Assembly (NCBI GenBank): GCA_951406725.2 | Contig: OX597836.1 | Location: 36,456,001 to 36,520,000 of the forward strand | Direction of reading: 5' to 3' | DNA length: 64,000 bases | DNA from: Octopus vulgaris | Lineage: Eukaryota | In this document: in pieces, positions 1 through 13,425 of the stretch | Layout of the letters: the number at the start of each line of letters is the position of its first letter | Numbering within the stretch: position 1 is the first letter of the stretch | Notes under the pieces: model-generated | Seen by the model: only the letters and a program-made list of their open reading frames with translations | What the model was told of the DNA's origin: nothing | Databases searched by the model: none | Translations under genes and position numbers: made by a program

Positions 1-18
1 TATATATATATATATATA

Positions 19-73
<55 letters not shown>
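1..73. repeat. (TA)n microsatellite
   Basis: Near-perfect TA dinucleotide run. Confidence 0.95.
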
Positions 74-77
<4 letters not shown>

Positions 78-517
78 GATTTGGTGATAACGAACAGTTC
101 TTCTAATGGCTCAAAATTGCCTTTGTTTGGGCATTTGTCATATGAATGAAGAGTATTTTCGAGCTTGGAACGCATTGCTTGCTCGGAAATGATTGTAACT
201 TCAGATTATCTCCGCGACTCTCTCCTTTCTGCCTTTAATTGTTTTACCAACAAGCTCCGACAAACAATCTGCTCTTTGAGTAGCATTCCGCTTCTGCTGG
301 GTATTGAAGCTTCTCCTACATGTACACGTCCTCTACATGAGTACGACTGGACACTGCAGGAAATTTCTCCTCCATTTCGTCTTGTTCTTCTTAAAAACTT
401 AGAAGATTTCCTCGAATAACTTAGCACTACCAGTCATTCGGAACTCTTTCCCGCCTTCGTTCTCGTTCTAAGGAGAAAAGTTTTAAAAATTTCAGGTATA
501 TATATATATATATATAT

Positions 518-720
518 TGTATAGAGGGCATTATTACACATAAATGCCACACGCTAGGCGGGACTTTCAAAGTCATTACTACCAAAAGTAAACGAATCGT
601 ACCGAATACAGCTCTCGAAACAAGACATTTACAAACAGAATTTAGTTCCAGATCACCTGTGATTTCGCAATTAACGTATAATCTACGTGTTTTGTTCATC
701 AGTGATGAACAAAACACGTA
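518..720 (-). mobile_element. Short HHR-bearing element (family H1) flanked by (TA)n, homologous to 38462-38655
   Basis: Reverse complement aligns with 38468-38655 (ctgatgaacaaaa...acgttaattgcgaaatcacaggtga...gcgtgtggca...aatgccctctatacaa). Ends in a perfect 18-bp fold-back at 684-701/703-720. Confidence 0.75.
645..704 (-). ncRNA. Type I hammerhead ribozyme motif, 5' strand of stem I disrupted by the fold-back
   Basis: Minus strand: CUGAUGA-acaaaacacgtagattatacgttaattgc-GAAA-ucac ag guga-UC-uggaac. Confidence 0.6.
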
Positions 721-744
721 TATAAAAAATATGTTTATATTAGC

Positions 745-818
<74 letters not shown>

Positions 819-822
819 TGTG

Positions 823-855
<33 letters not shown>

Positions 856-958
856 CTATGTGCAAGCATATATACGTATGTATGTATATATGTAAACACA
901 CACTCGCACAATCACATATGTATATAAACTTATACAAACACAATCACATTTCAGTACG

Positions 959-1000
<42 letters not shown>

Positions 1001-1019
1001 TGTGTGTGTGTGTGTGTAT
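745..1019. repeat. Compound (TA)n/(TG)n microsatellites
   Basis: Direct inspection. Confidence 0.9.
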
Positions 1020-1020
1020 A

Positions 1021-1322
1021 TCACCGTGATCACCGTGACCGACCAGGCTATCAGATGTTGCTACACATCGGTGGTCACAATGCGCTTCGCATTGTTTTAG
1101 CCTTCAAATGACGTCACACTGCTGGCTAAGCGAGCAGGCCCACAGAAGAAAGTGTGAGAGAAAGTGGTGGCGAAAGGATACAGCAGGGATCGCCCCAACA
1201 CCCTGCCGGAGCGTCGTGGAGCTTTAGGTGTTTTCGCTCAATAAACACTCACAACGCCCGGTCCGGGAATCGAAACCGCGATCCTACAAGTGCGAGTCCA
1301 CTGCCCTAACCACTGGGCCATT
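1021..1322 (-). mobile_element. tRNA-derived SINE, head A + tail 2
   Basis: tRNA-like A/B boxes (tggcccagtggttagg...gtttcgattccc). Homologous to 26462-26749 and 38836-39138. Confidence 0.85.
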
Positions 1323-1874
1323 AGTGTATATATATATATATATAAACGAATGTATACGCGAGTGAGTGACCAAGCGCCTATGTGCGAGTGTGTACCAGTA
1401 AATGTGAGTGTATGACTGTAGAGTGTGCAGCTGCAGTAGGAGCCGCTCCCACGAGTTATTTCAGTACAGAAACTAGTATAAACAACTCATCTCCTAGATT
1501 AGGATGCTTTAGAAGCTGTTAAGTCTATGGGAAAAAGAGCTACAATAAACGAGATATATTCTAGGAGGAATATGGTTTGATCTAGCAGCAGATCTATAAT
1601 TAGTAATAAAACATATTCTCATTGTCGATAATCGATGTCAGCTCGAAATAAAACACCTCTTCGCATGTGAATCAACATCATTTATTTCCTCAGCCAGCCA
1701 TTGAAATCTTCCACGCAGATAACAGATAACAGATAAACATCAACATCCAATAAATGGAACGCTTATTTATTTTAGCATTAACATCGCCATAACGATATTT
1801 TAGCGACAAAAGCAAAGCAAATAAGGAATATATTACAGAGCTTTAAGAAGAAATGGTATGGGAGTGCCATGTTT

Positions 1875-1885
1875 GTATATGTGTG

Positions 1886-1916
<31 letters not shown>

Positions 1917-2066
1917 CATTATATGTGTATACATGTGTTTATATATATATATATATACGTTTATATTATATAAATATATATATATATATGTATATGTATA
2001 TATCATTATATATATATACGTTTAAATATATATATATATATATAAATATATGTATATGTATATATT

Positions 2067-2139
<73 letters not shown>

Positions 2140-2152
2140 TATAATACATATA

Positions 2153-2242
<90 letters not shown>

Positions 2243-2243
2243 C

Positions 2244-2308
<65 letters not shown>
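1875..2308. repeat. Long (TA)n-rich microsatellite
   Basis: Direct inspection. Confidence 0.95.
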
Positions 2309-2309
<1 letters not shown>

Positions 2310-2888
2310 GAGCGATTACTCAGACGAAGGAACGGTATTATATAGATTTATTGGGAGTTACATCTATAAATCAAATCAGTCTGATTCAGTCTCTTTGTTA
2401 TTTTGGGTTTCAAGTCTGTGGCTAGTTGTTGGCCATCGGCGTATGAAGGAATGCCCGATTGAAGGCAATCAGTTTACTACTTGAAACGAACCTGCGATTG
2501 GTTGACATAGGTTACGCGGTATGGCGTTTTGATGCTCCTATTTCAGCGACAACAATTAGTCGGAAAACTCCGCATGGTGAATAGGAAATCGACTGCGTGG
2601 TGGAGAGGAGAACTGCTGTGTGGTTTTCGGGGGGAATAGAAAGGAGCGGTAAATGTGGAGGTATAAATGTATATATATATACCTGTATATACCCATATAT
2701 CTGCGGGCATGAATACGTGCTGATGCGAGTATGTGTGTGCATAGATGTACATTCAGACATTCAAAATATATTGTTATGAACTGTTGGATAGATTGTCGCT
2801 GTAATTTAACGGTGAACACTTGTCGCACATCGAATCGCAATCATTCGTCATAGACACATATGCGTCTTTGATACTCAGCAAACTGAAT

Positions 2889-3065
2889 GCAGCGAGCTGG
2901 CAGAATCGTAAGAAGGTCATGCTTAATGTTATTCCATCCATCCTTACGTTCTGAGTTCAAATTCCACCGAGACCAACTTTACCTTTCATCCTTTTGGGCT
3001 CGTTAAAATAAATGTCGGCTGAGTACTGTGACCAGTATTTATTGACTTAAACCCTCCCCACACAT
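2889..3065 (+). mobile_element. SINE family B, diverged copy
   Basis: gcgagctggcagaatcgt...ctgagttcaaattcc...ctttcatcctttt matches the other B copies. Confidence 0.75.
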
Positions 3066-3128
3066 TTTCTAGTATTGAGTCAATATTTTCAACTAATTAC
3101 ATGCGAGCTCATTTAGTGTATAGTTTGT

Positions 3129-3404
3129 ATAATTTGTCGTCTAAATGTAGCGATAGTCTCTATCCCCTTTATTTCTACAGCTTGCATTAAAATAAACACT
3201 GTTGGTTTACATTTTTTTTTATCTCTGTTTACTCAACTGCGTTGCGCTGGGCAAAATATATATCAGATCAAACACATCTATTTGAAAGGATCTCTTTAAA
3301 GATGTATAATTAATAATATGCTACTAACAAATTTAAGTAATATTTGTGAGAAGTACATTAGTTAGGAGGCGCAATGGCCATGAAAGGGTTTCAATATTTC
3401 TGAA
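3129..3404 (+). repeat. Left arm of ~275-bp inverted duplication (partner 5434-5708)
   Basis: Reverse complement aligns along its full length with 5434-5708. Confidence 0.9.
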
Positions 3405-4309
3405 TTTTGCTATCACTAAAATCAAGTAGTCTCATCAGAAATGTATTTATATATTTTTTTCCGCTTTCCGTTGCATATTATTCAGAGACACTCTGTTTTG
3501 TCTTCGGCTTTACACCTCTGACTTGCGAAGACAGGAAATAAAGGGAAAAGAATGTTTGATAGCTTTGCTTCCCAACGGCAAGGATAATGGCGCATGGAAT
3601 TAGATTGAATTGAGTAATTTTTGAACTTCTATTATCGTGGTTGGCTAAATGTTTTATAGCTGTCACATACATGAGAGTTATACCAGCAGGAGACTGTTGG
3701 TACGGACACCTACCTAGAGTACAATCCCAAAAGAAGTCACCTAACAAAAAAGCGATGCACTGATTCTGCATATGGGTCGGAGTTGGAGACAGGCCGTACA
3801 AACTAACCCAGCTATAAATTTACTTCCTTGCGTATACTGCTTACACAGTATACATAAATATATGCAAATATCCTCACACGCATTCATACATGTATAAATA
3901 TGATTATGCGAATTTCAGTAAGTTCCTCAGTAACCTTCGAGAATATATGTTACTCTCTAATAAATAGATGATATAGTAAAACAACTGATGAAAAACAGAA
4001 GTTTTCATAAGCTTTGTTCTTGAAGTTGTTAGTTCTTACTACGGTAGGAATAGTGGTTATTATTGCTGGTTCACACTAAGATAGACCTGATGATGCAAAA
4101 CGAAAATCAAAAATGTTCCAGCTTTGTCGCACCTACATACATTCATATATATACGTGTCGTGTGTAGATAGATACGTATTAGAATATAATAAAATGTTTC
4201 CTGCCCCTTTTAAAAATCCCGCCTTTCATAATGTCAATGTACATAAGCTAATTGACCAATCCAGTGTCTGGTACACTACATCGAAAACTTTTCTCTGCTA
4301 GTTTGCTGC

Positions 4310-4530
4310 CTGGCAGAAACATTAGCACGCTGGGCGAAATGCGTAGCCGTATTTCGTCTGCCCTTACTTTCTGAGTTCAAATTCCGAGGAGGTCGACTTT
4401 GCCTTTCATCCTTTCGAGATCGATAAATTAAGTACCAGTTACGCACTGAGGTCGATATAATCGACTTAATCCGTTTGTCTGTCCTTGTTTGTCCCCTTTT
4501 TGTTTAGCCCCTTGTGGGTAGTAAAAAATA
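4310..4530 (+). mobile_element. SINE family B
   Basis: tggcagaaacattagcacg...gagttcaaattcc...agccccttgtgggtagtaaa. Confidence 0.9.
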
Positions 4531-4657
4531 TATATAATTAATTACATTGGGAAACCTACTATAAATATGTCTGCCCCTGATTCTACAGAATTATGAGCAA
4601 ACATGAAACATCTTTGTTTCACGGTGCAGCTTTCACTAATTAAACGTTAAAGATAAC

Positions 4658-4975
4658 ATTCGGTCTTGAATGGAATTGCACCTAGAAAGTTCCCCGCCCC
4701 CAAGGTACAAGTCCGAGCAATGTTGCCTATGGAAGACCATCAGTCCCCATGCATACCCACCTCCCCACATCATGTCACCGATGTTCTTCAAGGGAAGGGC
4801 GAAAGCTTGGCACCAGCGACGTCGCAACTCAATTTTTGCCAGGTGAGTAAACCGGAGCAACGAGAAATAAAATGTCTTGATATAGAACACATCACACAGC
4901 CCGGTCGCGGAATCGAACTCACTGCCTCATGATTGTGAGTCCGACTCTCAAATCACTGAAGCATGCTCTTTCACT
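4658..4975 (-). mobile_element. CORE-like tRNA SINE (head D + tail 4)
   Basis: Homologous to 18402-18728, 60826-61171 and 63638-63968. Confidence 0.8.
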
Positions 4976-5067
4976 AATTAACCCACCAATATAGATACAA
5001 TTGTGCGCATCGAGTTGTGCGGCATAATTTTATAATGTGCATAACTAATGTACTTTTATTTCTTTAT

Positions 5068-5362
5068 GGGCCCCTTTTCAAGCCTAGCCAGGCTCATGGA
5101 CCCGCTTACCCGGTTTCTATGACATATGCGATCACCCCAGCTCGACGGGACGCCAGACCATCGCAGCGTTACTCAAGAAACAGGAAGAGAGAGTGAGAGA
5201 AAGTTGGGGCGAAAGAGTACAACAGGAGTTGCCACCCTCCACCCCTGCTGGAGCCTCCTGGAGCTTTTAGTTGTTGTCGCTCAATAAACACACACAACGA
5301 CCGATCTGGGAATCGAAACCGCGAGTCTGCTGCCCTACCCACTGGTTCATTGCGCCTCCACA
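5068..5362 (-). mobile_element. SINE head A + tail 3 (V-domain-like)
   Basis: Head A plus ctgcgatggtctggcgtcccgtc motif. Homologous tails at 48124-48430 and 41862-42170. Confidence 0.8.
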
Positions 5363-5433
5363 TTGAATACTACACACATTAAAATTTAAATAAAACGTTA
5401 ATCAAAATGTTCAAAAAGATTTTTTTTTTGAAC

Positions 5434-5708
5434 TTCAGAAATATTGAAACCCTTTCATGGCCATTGCGCCTCCTAACTAATGTACTACTCAGAAATATTG
5501 CTTAAATCCCTTAGTCGCATATTATTAATTGTACGTCTTTAAAGAGATCCTTTCAAATAGATGTGTTTGATCTGATATATATTTTGCCCAGCGCAACGCA
5601 GTTGAGTAAACAGATAACAAAATATGTAAACCAATACAGTGTTTATTTTCATGCAAGCTGTAGAAATAAAGGGGATAGAGACTAACGCTACATTTAGACG
5701 ACAAATTA
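5434..5708 (-). repeat. Right arm of inverted duplication (partner 3129-3404)
   Basis: Direct comparison. Confidence 0.9.
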
Positions 5709-5744
5709 ATGCAACAAGCAAAATGGTTTAGACGATGAGTTTAG

Positions 5745-6111
5745 GAGCACTCCGTCGGTTACGACGATGAGGGTCCCAGCTGATACGATCAACGGAACAG
5801 CTTGCTCGTGGAATTAACGTGTAAGTGGCTGAGCACTCCACAGACACGTGTACCCTTAACGTAGTTCCCGGGGAGATTCAGCGTGACACAGAGAGTGACA
5901 AGGCTAGCCCTCTGAAATACAGGAAGAAAGAGTGAGAGAAAGTTGTGGTGAAAGAGTACAGCAGGGTTCACCACCAACCCCTGCAGGAGCCTTGTGAAGC
6001 TTTAGGTGTTTTCGCTCAATAAACACTCACAATACCCGGTCTGGGAATCGAAACCGCGACCCTACGACCGCGAGTCCGCTGCCCTAACCACTGGGCCATT
6101 GCGCTTCCACA
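5745..6111 (-). mobile_element. SINE head A + tail 1, full length
   Basis: Homologous to 20740-21122 and 44651-45033. Confidence 0.9.
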
Positions 6112-6294
6112 GAGGATGAGTATTGTGCGATTCATGGAACAAATTGTTCATTGATCCAAGTTATTTTTTGTGACATAATCTAACGTAATTGTCTGGCATA
6201 ATTAGGGTGATACAGAGAACTGAATGTGTCGGAGAATCGTTGCTGTTTACACGTTGATTTGGTGCGGTTGAATGTATGTTCAACCTATTTAATT

Positions 6295-6324
<30 letters not shown>

Positions 6325-6331
<7 letters not shown>

Positions 6332-6490
6332 ACGGTCTCTTTCAGTTTCTGTCTATCAAATCCACTCACAAGACTTCTGTCAGCCTAAGGCTTATAATAG
6401 AAGATACTTGATCAAGATGCCAGGCAGTGGAACTGAAACCGGAACCATGTGGTTCGGAAGCAATCTTCTAATCACACACGTACACACCTG
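6325..6490 (-). mobile_element. SINE family C, 5' half
   Basis: Matches the corresponding part of 13425-13826. Confidence 0.75.
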
Positions 6491-7315
6491 ATAATTTCTA
6501 GCTTACACATAATGAAAAATAATGTAACGTGGAATTGTTGTTCTAATGGTTATCTGACCATTCAAAATAAGGTTATTTGTGACGAAATGTAATAAAAGAA
6601 TGCTTTATATTTATCAACAAGAAATCTGCTTCAATATCTGGTAAAGTTTGATCGCAGCAATGTTTGGTTGCTAGTTTTAGAGAACGAGAGCCTGGTTTGC
6701 TTCGGTAGAAATATCTTGCACTTACTAACTCTAGCGGACCAACATTATTCATTTATTGTACTATGAACTTTACTGTCCAAGATATATCTTGCACCTCTGT
6801 TGTTCTGTTCTCAGTGAAGCATACATTTTACATCTGAAATATATTTTATTATCAAATGAAGAAATAATTCATACAAAAACTCTACCAGATACAAGACTAA
6901 TACATTGTATAAATTTCTTGCATCCTATTTATCCGCTTTGAATCAATTATTCAAATCTGTAAATCGTATTGTAAGCATTACATAGAAAATCGAAGTTGCC
7001 ACCTTCACCTCCCACACCATTTAGACGCGATTGAAGACACTTAAAGTATATTTCAGTTGATAAAATCTCAAAGACGCTCTCTGACTTATATTGAAATGGA
7101 GTTATTAAATTTCACGCAGCGTTGCACCTAAAAGATCTCTTTTGTGATCAAAGATGTGTACACATACACAAGTACAACAATCGCGCGTACACAAACGCAC
7201 ACACGCACACATACACACCCACGCCAGCACACACACGCATATATATATATATAAATACATAGAGAGAATTAAACAGATACACGTACATATACACATATGC
7301 TCTCGTGTTTCTATA

Positions 7316-7349
<34 letters not shown>

Positions 7350-7533
7350 CGTCCGCGTGCGTGTGGGTTATCATAGTGAGATACATATATACATGCTTAC
7401 ATACATACAAACGCACCCTATATATAGCTTCTAGAATATTGCCGTATTAATTGGGTCTGCCGCAACGTTATTAGGAATCATTATTACCAGGTATACATAA
7501 CAAGGAGATACACACACACATAGGAGCTTGTAA

Positions 7534-7605
<72 letters not shown>

Positions 7606-7679
7606 GCATATAAAAATGGATAGATACTTAGATAAATAGATAGATCACTAGATCGCTAGATCGACACACATACAGAAAG

Positions 7680-7905
<226 letters not shown>

Positions 7906-8896
7906 GTTATGCACTCATATATATTTTCTGGAACACTCTGGAAATGATTGGATCTGTCCAAACGTTGTTAGCAATGAATATTATCAGGATTCATGGATAT
8001 ATCTGTCGGATGATTGCATCACCCGTTTCTCAGTTAGGTGCATCCTAATCTCGATTAGCTTGAAATAGGCTCAAATTCATAGTTACTGATTTCATTGATT
8101 CTCTCATTACCTTTTCAATAATAGACATGTGGAATCTTTGTTATTCCAAGCAGTTAATCTTATTACAAGCTTATAGAACAATATTATTATAAACTCAGAA
8201 ACTGTGATAACTTAAACGCTAGCACTGTAGCTAAAGCGTGAATGTCTCATTTATTAACATGAACAAGATATCCGGATGACGATTGTCAACCAAATCTCAA
8301 GTAGAAGTATTGCACAAAATAATATCAAGTTACCTCCTTGACTGATCGATGAAAGTTATTCTGAAGTGCGATGAAAACATTCTGAAGCGGTCGCAATTAA
8401 TTTAAACACTTTGCAAGAGATTGTTACAATTACAGTGTTCGTGTAAATGATTTATAGCATTCCAACTCTTGTTTTCGGCGAATGAATCAAACAGTAAATC
8501 TTTCAACCCGATGGTTATGATTCAATCAAAGTAGATGCGATAAAATGATTAATTATTATCTCCTACCCGGATTAAAGTTTTGTTTATTATCTAAGTATTA
8601 AGTGAAACGATTCCCGAAAAGAAATATCTAGCTTTAAGGCCAAATAAATCATCAGGAAATGAGTTTTAGCTGTGGACATTTATATTTTGGCATGGGAATA
8701 ATTCATATTTGGCACATTCAATACGCTTGTTTTCACAAAATACATTTTCTAAAATATACTGTTTGGCAAATATTTCTCTGCTTTGTTATTTTTCCATCGT
8801 ACATTTCCTAACATGCATTAAGAAATATAAATTAGTAAAGTAAAGAAAGCAAGCTTTGATGTGATGGCACTTACATGTATGTATTTCTCTTTTCAG

Positions 8897-9009
8897 AATA
8901 CACCTCCTTCGGAGTCTACAATAGCATTTACAAAGTAGATATCAATGCAGCTAGCAATATAGGCTGTGGTATCAATTATCTTCTCATAATTCACACATTT
9001 TTCTGTTGA
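8897..9009 (+). CDS. Possible terminal coding exon, unknown product
   Basis: Acceptor tttctcttttcag, then phase-1 frame YTSFGVYNSIYKVDINAASNIGCGINYLLIIHTFFC* and downstream AATAAA near 9197 and 9247. No homology recognised. Confidence 0.25.
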
Positions 9010-9944
9010 TAGTGTAGCAGCATTTACTTAAGTGCTACAAGATGCATTGACAGCCAACAAATATTGCTTGATATTACAGAGAAATTCTCAAGAATATCTA
9101 TATACAAATTAAGTAAAAGTATATATACATACTATAATAATTCAATGTTGGAAAGAGGAGGAATTTATAGGAAATTATTGACATTGCTTGTGAGTTAATA
9201 AATTGCAGTTCTATCTGAGAAATATTTTAAATTTTTTTCAAAGATGAATAAAGTCAAAATATCAATACAGTTACTGTCACATACAACTATCCATATATAT
9301 GGATGCTTAGTGATTTAAGCAAAGTAAATACAAGAAAATGCATTTTTAAACCCTTTTTAAGTCGGGCAAATCCAACTTCATGCGTAAAATAAATAAAACA
9401 CAATAGTTGCGATCATTTAGCGAAAAAAGAATGAAATAAGAAAGTGAATGTGTAATATGTTAGTCTGTTATTTGCATACGAAATCATAAAGATTTATATC
9501 ATTTTATCTTAGTTAAAAAATCAAAAAGAAAGTACAAATTAACAAGGAATGTGAATCCAACGGGGTGCCACAAAACCGTTAGTTGACTTGCTAGTTATAG
9601 CAACCAAACCTCCCTCATATGACTCATATAGATGGTATTTTGTATAATGTTGACACGTAATTTTGACACGTAAAATAAACAAAGACTTATATTTGAAACG
9701 GAAATTGTGGTTGTTTGTTATATTTTAATCGGTAGAGTTTATCGAGGTTATAGTAATATTCAGATAAATACGTATAGCTTTCGTTTAAAACAAAAATCAT
9801 CAAATTAAGATATTTTTGAACAGAAGCGATATAAAGTTAGTTCAAGAAGTAAGGCGTGGTTGTCACTGTGGTTGAAGATAACGTTGAAACATATATGTCT
9901 GTGTATGTATGTGTGTGTGCAGGCGCACATGTATACACATGCGG

Positions 9945-10001
<57 letters not shown>

Positions 10002-10140
10002 CAGAGAGAGAGACAGAGAGAGAGAGAGAGTGATACACAAATGCATATGCATATGTATATACATACACACATGCATATATATCTGTATATGTATAGCTAT
10101 ATACATATATGTATATAATACATATATACATACCATCCAT

Positions 10141-10186
<46 letters not shown>

Positions 10187-10220
10187 GCTCTACTTTGAGC
10201 ATTAGTATTAACTGCAATTG

Positions 10221-10522
10221 GTGAAGGCGCGTGAGTTAGTGACTAGAGCAATCGGTTCACGATGATCAGCTCTTTAGTTCGATTCCCGGCCGTGCGTTGT
10301 GTCCTCGAGAAGAAAAAAAACAGTATTTCACGTTGCTTCAGCGACTCAGATGGCACAAACGAGCCAGCCTTGTCACATTCTGCGTCACGCAAAATCTTCC
10401 TGAGAACTACGATAAAGGTACGCGTGTCTGCAGAGTGCTCATCCACTTCCCTGTTAATTCCATGAGCCGGCAGTTCCGTTGATCGATCAACTGGAACCCT
10501 TGTCATCGTAACCGACGTGGAG
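10221..10522 (+). mobile_element. CORE-like SINE head D + tail 1, diverged
   Basis: gtgaaggcgcgtg...agttcgattcccgg...tgtgtcct, ends cgtaaccgac. Homologous to 22053-22376. Confidence 0.75.
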
Positions 10523-11352
10523 CCAGTATTCCTTATAATTGCAAAAAACGAAACAGCCTGAAAACTTCTCCTCTAAATGCTGAAAATATATTTACATGAA
10601 GTTTATTAATTTTTCGATATTGCTAACAAGACCTTAGTTTACATTTCCGCTGTTAAATTTTGGAAATTTCTCGAACGTTCCCAACAGTAACAAAGAGACA
10701 TGCGAAATTGTTGCAACTGAAATACAGAAAACAAACGTTTTCAGTAAATATTTAATATTTACATGTGAAAGGTATAATCTAAGTTAAAAGACATACATTC
10801 CAACTTTTATTCATTGACCGGCAATTTCAACTTAATATTTCTGAAAGCAATGCCAACTGCGTTTATTTCTTCAAAAGAATTATTAAATATATTTATTACG
10901 GGCGATTATGTTATTACCCTAGCTCCGCTCTACTTCACGTATAAAATCAATGATTCGTTTATTTCTCTGTTGAAGTCGGACGAACAACTTCACATACGTT
11001 TACAATCGCACATGACCATAAATATGTATGAATATGAATATTCATGAATATGTTCAGAGCGATTTATAGAGCTGACTAGGGGATTGTAACACGCAATAAT
11101 TTTTTTTATAAACGTTTCATGTAATATATTTATGAGTCACGGATTACTAAAAGTGGAAAACGTAAAACTTGCAAGTTTATATTAATTGCAGTATGCTGGT
11201 TGAATTACGCTTGTGGTTTTGGTAAGAGAACATTCTGAAAGTGTATGACTCCGATTTGGAGTGATTACCCTCAGATTAAGTATAAAATCTTGTATACAAA
11301 TAAATGTTTACGTACATGTATGCACGCATGTATGTTTCTCTCACTCTCTCTG

Positions 11353-11397
<45 letters not shown>

Positions 11398-11807
11398 GTA
11401 GAAGATTAAAAATTAACACACGAGTTGATATGTCTATGGAAAATGAGATCAGGTGAAGATTTCATTGCAATTTCATTGTATGTGGAAAAATGAGTCAAAA
11501 TTGAGATTTTGATTGACTCAGGTTGTCTTATGCTCTTTAAGACAACCGAAAGAGTAAAAGATAACCCAAGGCAATGAAATCACTTTTAACAGAAGCCCAA
11601 GTACAAAGGGTACTTGATAAAATATCGTAATCCAACTTGTTCTATTGTTCTCAGTTTTAATCACATTGTATATTTGTGCTTCAGGCATCCTGCAGATTAA
11701 AGAAGCATTTTTGGGAATGAACACCTTAGAAATGGCTACTCCCGAAGAGAAGACAGAATGTATTTGAATATTAATTAATGTCCTGCTACACTATATTTGT
11801 GTATTTT

Positions 11808-12025
11808 AAGGCGGCGAGCTGGCAGAAACGTTAGTACACCGGGCGAAATGTGTAGCCGTATTTCGTCTGTCATCACGTTCTGAGTTCAAATTCCGCCGAG
11901 GTCGACTTTGCCTTTCATCCTTTCGGGGTCGATAAATAAAGTACCAGTTTCGCACTGGGGTCGATGTAATTGACTTAATCCCTTTGTCTGTCTTTGTTTG
12001 TCCCCTTGTGGGTAGTAACGAAATA
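11808..12025 (+). mobile_element. SINE family B with 16-bp TSD
   Basis: TSD tatatttgtgtatttt at 11792-11807 and 12026-12041. Confidence 0.92.
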
Positions 12026-12403
12026 TATATTTGTGTATTTTGAAATGTAAGTTTCAAGTTTATTAAAAAATATAGATCTCGTTGTGAAAAGTGAACAAAG
12101 TCTTTACACCATTGGGTTAAATTTTAAGCTCCCGAGAGAAAAAAATATATGTACGGTTCTCAATAGATTGTAAATTTGTTTGACCTTTATCAGAGAGAGA
12201 ATGCCAATGACTTGTGAACGATGAGATTTGTAGCTTACTAAAAACTAGGTTTTTGTTAATTTCCTTAATCTAATTTGCAGAAACTGCTTACGATTACAAT
12301 GTAGGATAATTAATTCTTACTGGGCTGATTTGCACACAACATAGAATAACTAATTCTTTTTCAACTACTCAGAAATATCGGCTAATTTGAAATGTATAAT
12401 AAA

Positions 12404-12730
12404 CGTAGGACACGATAATGTGATAGCCTGGGCTTCAGAGGTCCACAGCTCTTCAATATCCTCCCGAAGGACCTGAAAGACCTGCATGGGGTGGATACAG
12501 ATGTCTTCAAAATAAAGCTGTACCTCTTCCTGTCAGGTGTCCCTGACGACCCAACTTCACGGCAGGAGGTGCAGATGAGGACAGCTGCATTAAACTCCCT
12601 AATGCACCAAATGTCAATTGCTAAACAGCATTCTTGATGTAAAATCATGTAGCAACACCGAATGGCGGTGCCCCAGCATGGTCACAGCTTGTGAGCTGAA
12701 ACTAGATGAAATGATGAAATGAAAAAATGA
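12404..12730 (+). mobile_element. 5'-truncated non-LTR retrotransposon 3' end (CR1/L2-like ORF2 C-terminus plus 3' UTR)
   Basis: Translates SLGFRGPQLFNILPKDLKDLHGVDTDVFKIKLYLFLSGVPDDP, matching the GP.LFN.LP...FK..LD.FL..VPD.P pattern of LINE ORF2 ends. Ends in gatgaaat-type repeats. Confidence 0.75.
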
Positions 12731-12756
12731 TGATGTTATTAATATAACATGTAACC

Positions 12757-12965
12757 CGGCGAACTGGTAGAATCGTTAGTACGCAGAACGAGATGCTTAG
12801 ACGTATCTAGCTCGTAGCTACTTTGTGAATTCAAATCCCGCCTAGGTCGATTTCGCCTTTCGTCTTTTCAGGGTCAATAAGATAATTTCCAGTTAAACAC
12901 TGGAGTCGATTTAATCGACTCATCTCCCACATCCCCCAATCTTACCTCGTGGCTAAAATTTGAAA
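12757..12965 (+). mobile_element. SINE family B, old copy
   Basis: ggcgaactggtagaatcgttag...ttcaaatcccgcc...cagggtcaataa. Confidence 0.7.
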
Positions 12966-13353
12966 TAATCATTGATATAAAATTTAATATCTTTTAAATA
13001 TGTAGCGGGAACAAGTTGTGCTTGAAAGGAAAACATCACACGCGTTTTGTTTATATTGCAGTGACCATTTATTTGTTGGCTCACCACTAATTTGTTGCAA
13101 CTAACTGAAATATCCATCACATGAAATCATGGTCAGATACTAATATGATAATACAAATTGCGATTTGATAAATGTTCCGCAGGAATTGAATTGAAAGTCC
13201 AATCATATTTTAAGCCGCTATTTCTGTATGTGTACTGCAGCCCACTTTTCTCCATAAATTGGTGGGACAAACATTTCACAAGTAGAGAGGCGACAGCTGA
13301 CAAACCACCAAAGTCATATAACCATGATGGGCTAAGCCGAATTACACACACAC

Positions 13354-13424
<71 letters not shown>

Positions 13425-13425
<1 letters not shown>

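Noticed and set aside
74-496. TA-flanked segment with short ORFs on both strands
   Set aside because: Likely a transposon fragment, but no diagnostic motif found.
2310-2395. cagacga-agga motif in a TA-flanked element (similar at ~59396)
   Set aside because: Could not assemble GAAA and stems in HHR register. Probably a repeat of unknown class.
4083-4115. ctgatga...gaaa motif
   Set aside because: No convincing stem II, and stems I and III do not close.
11518-11760. Minus-strand 68-80-aa frame with Cys/Trp residues
   Set aside because: No recognisable domain or clear splice sites.
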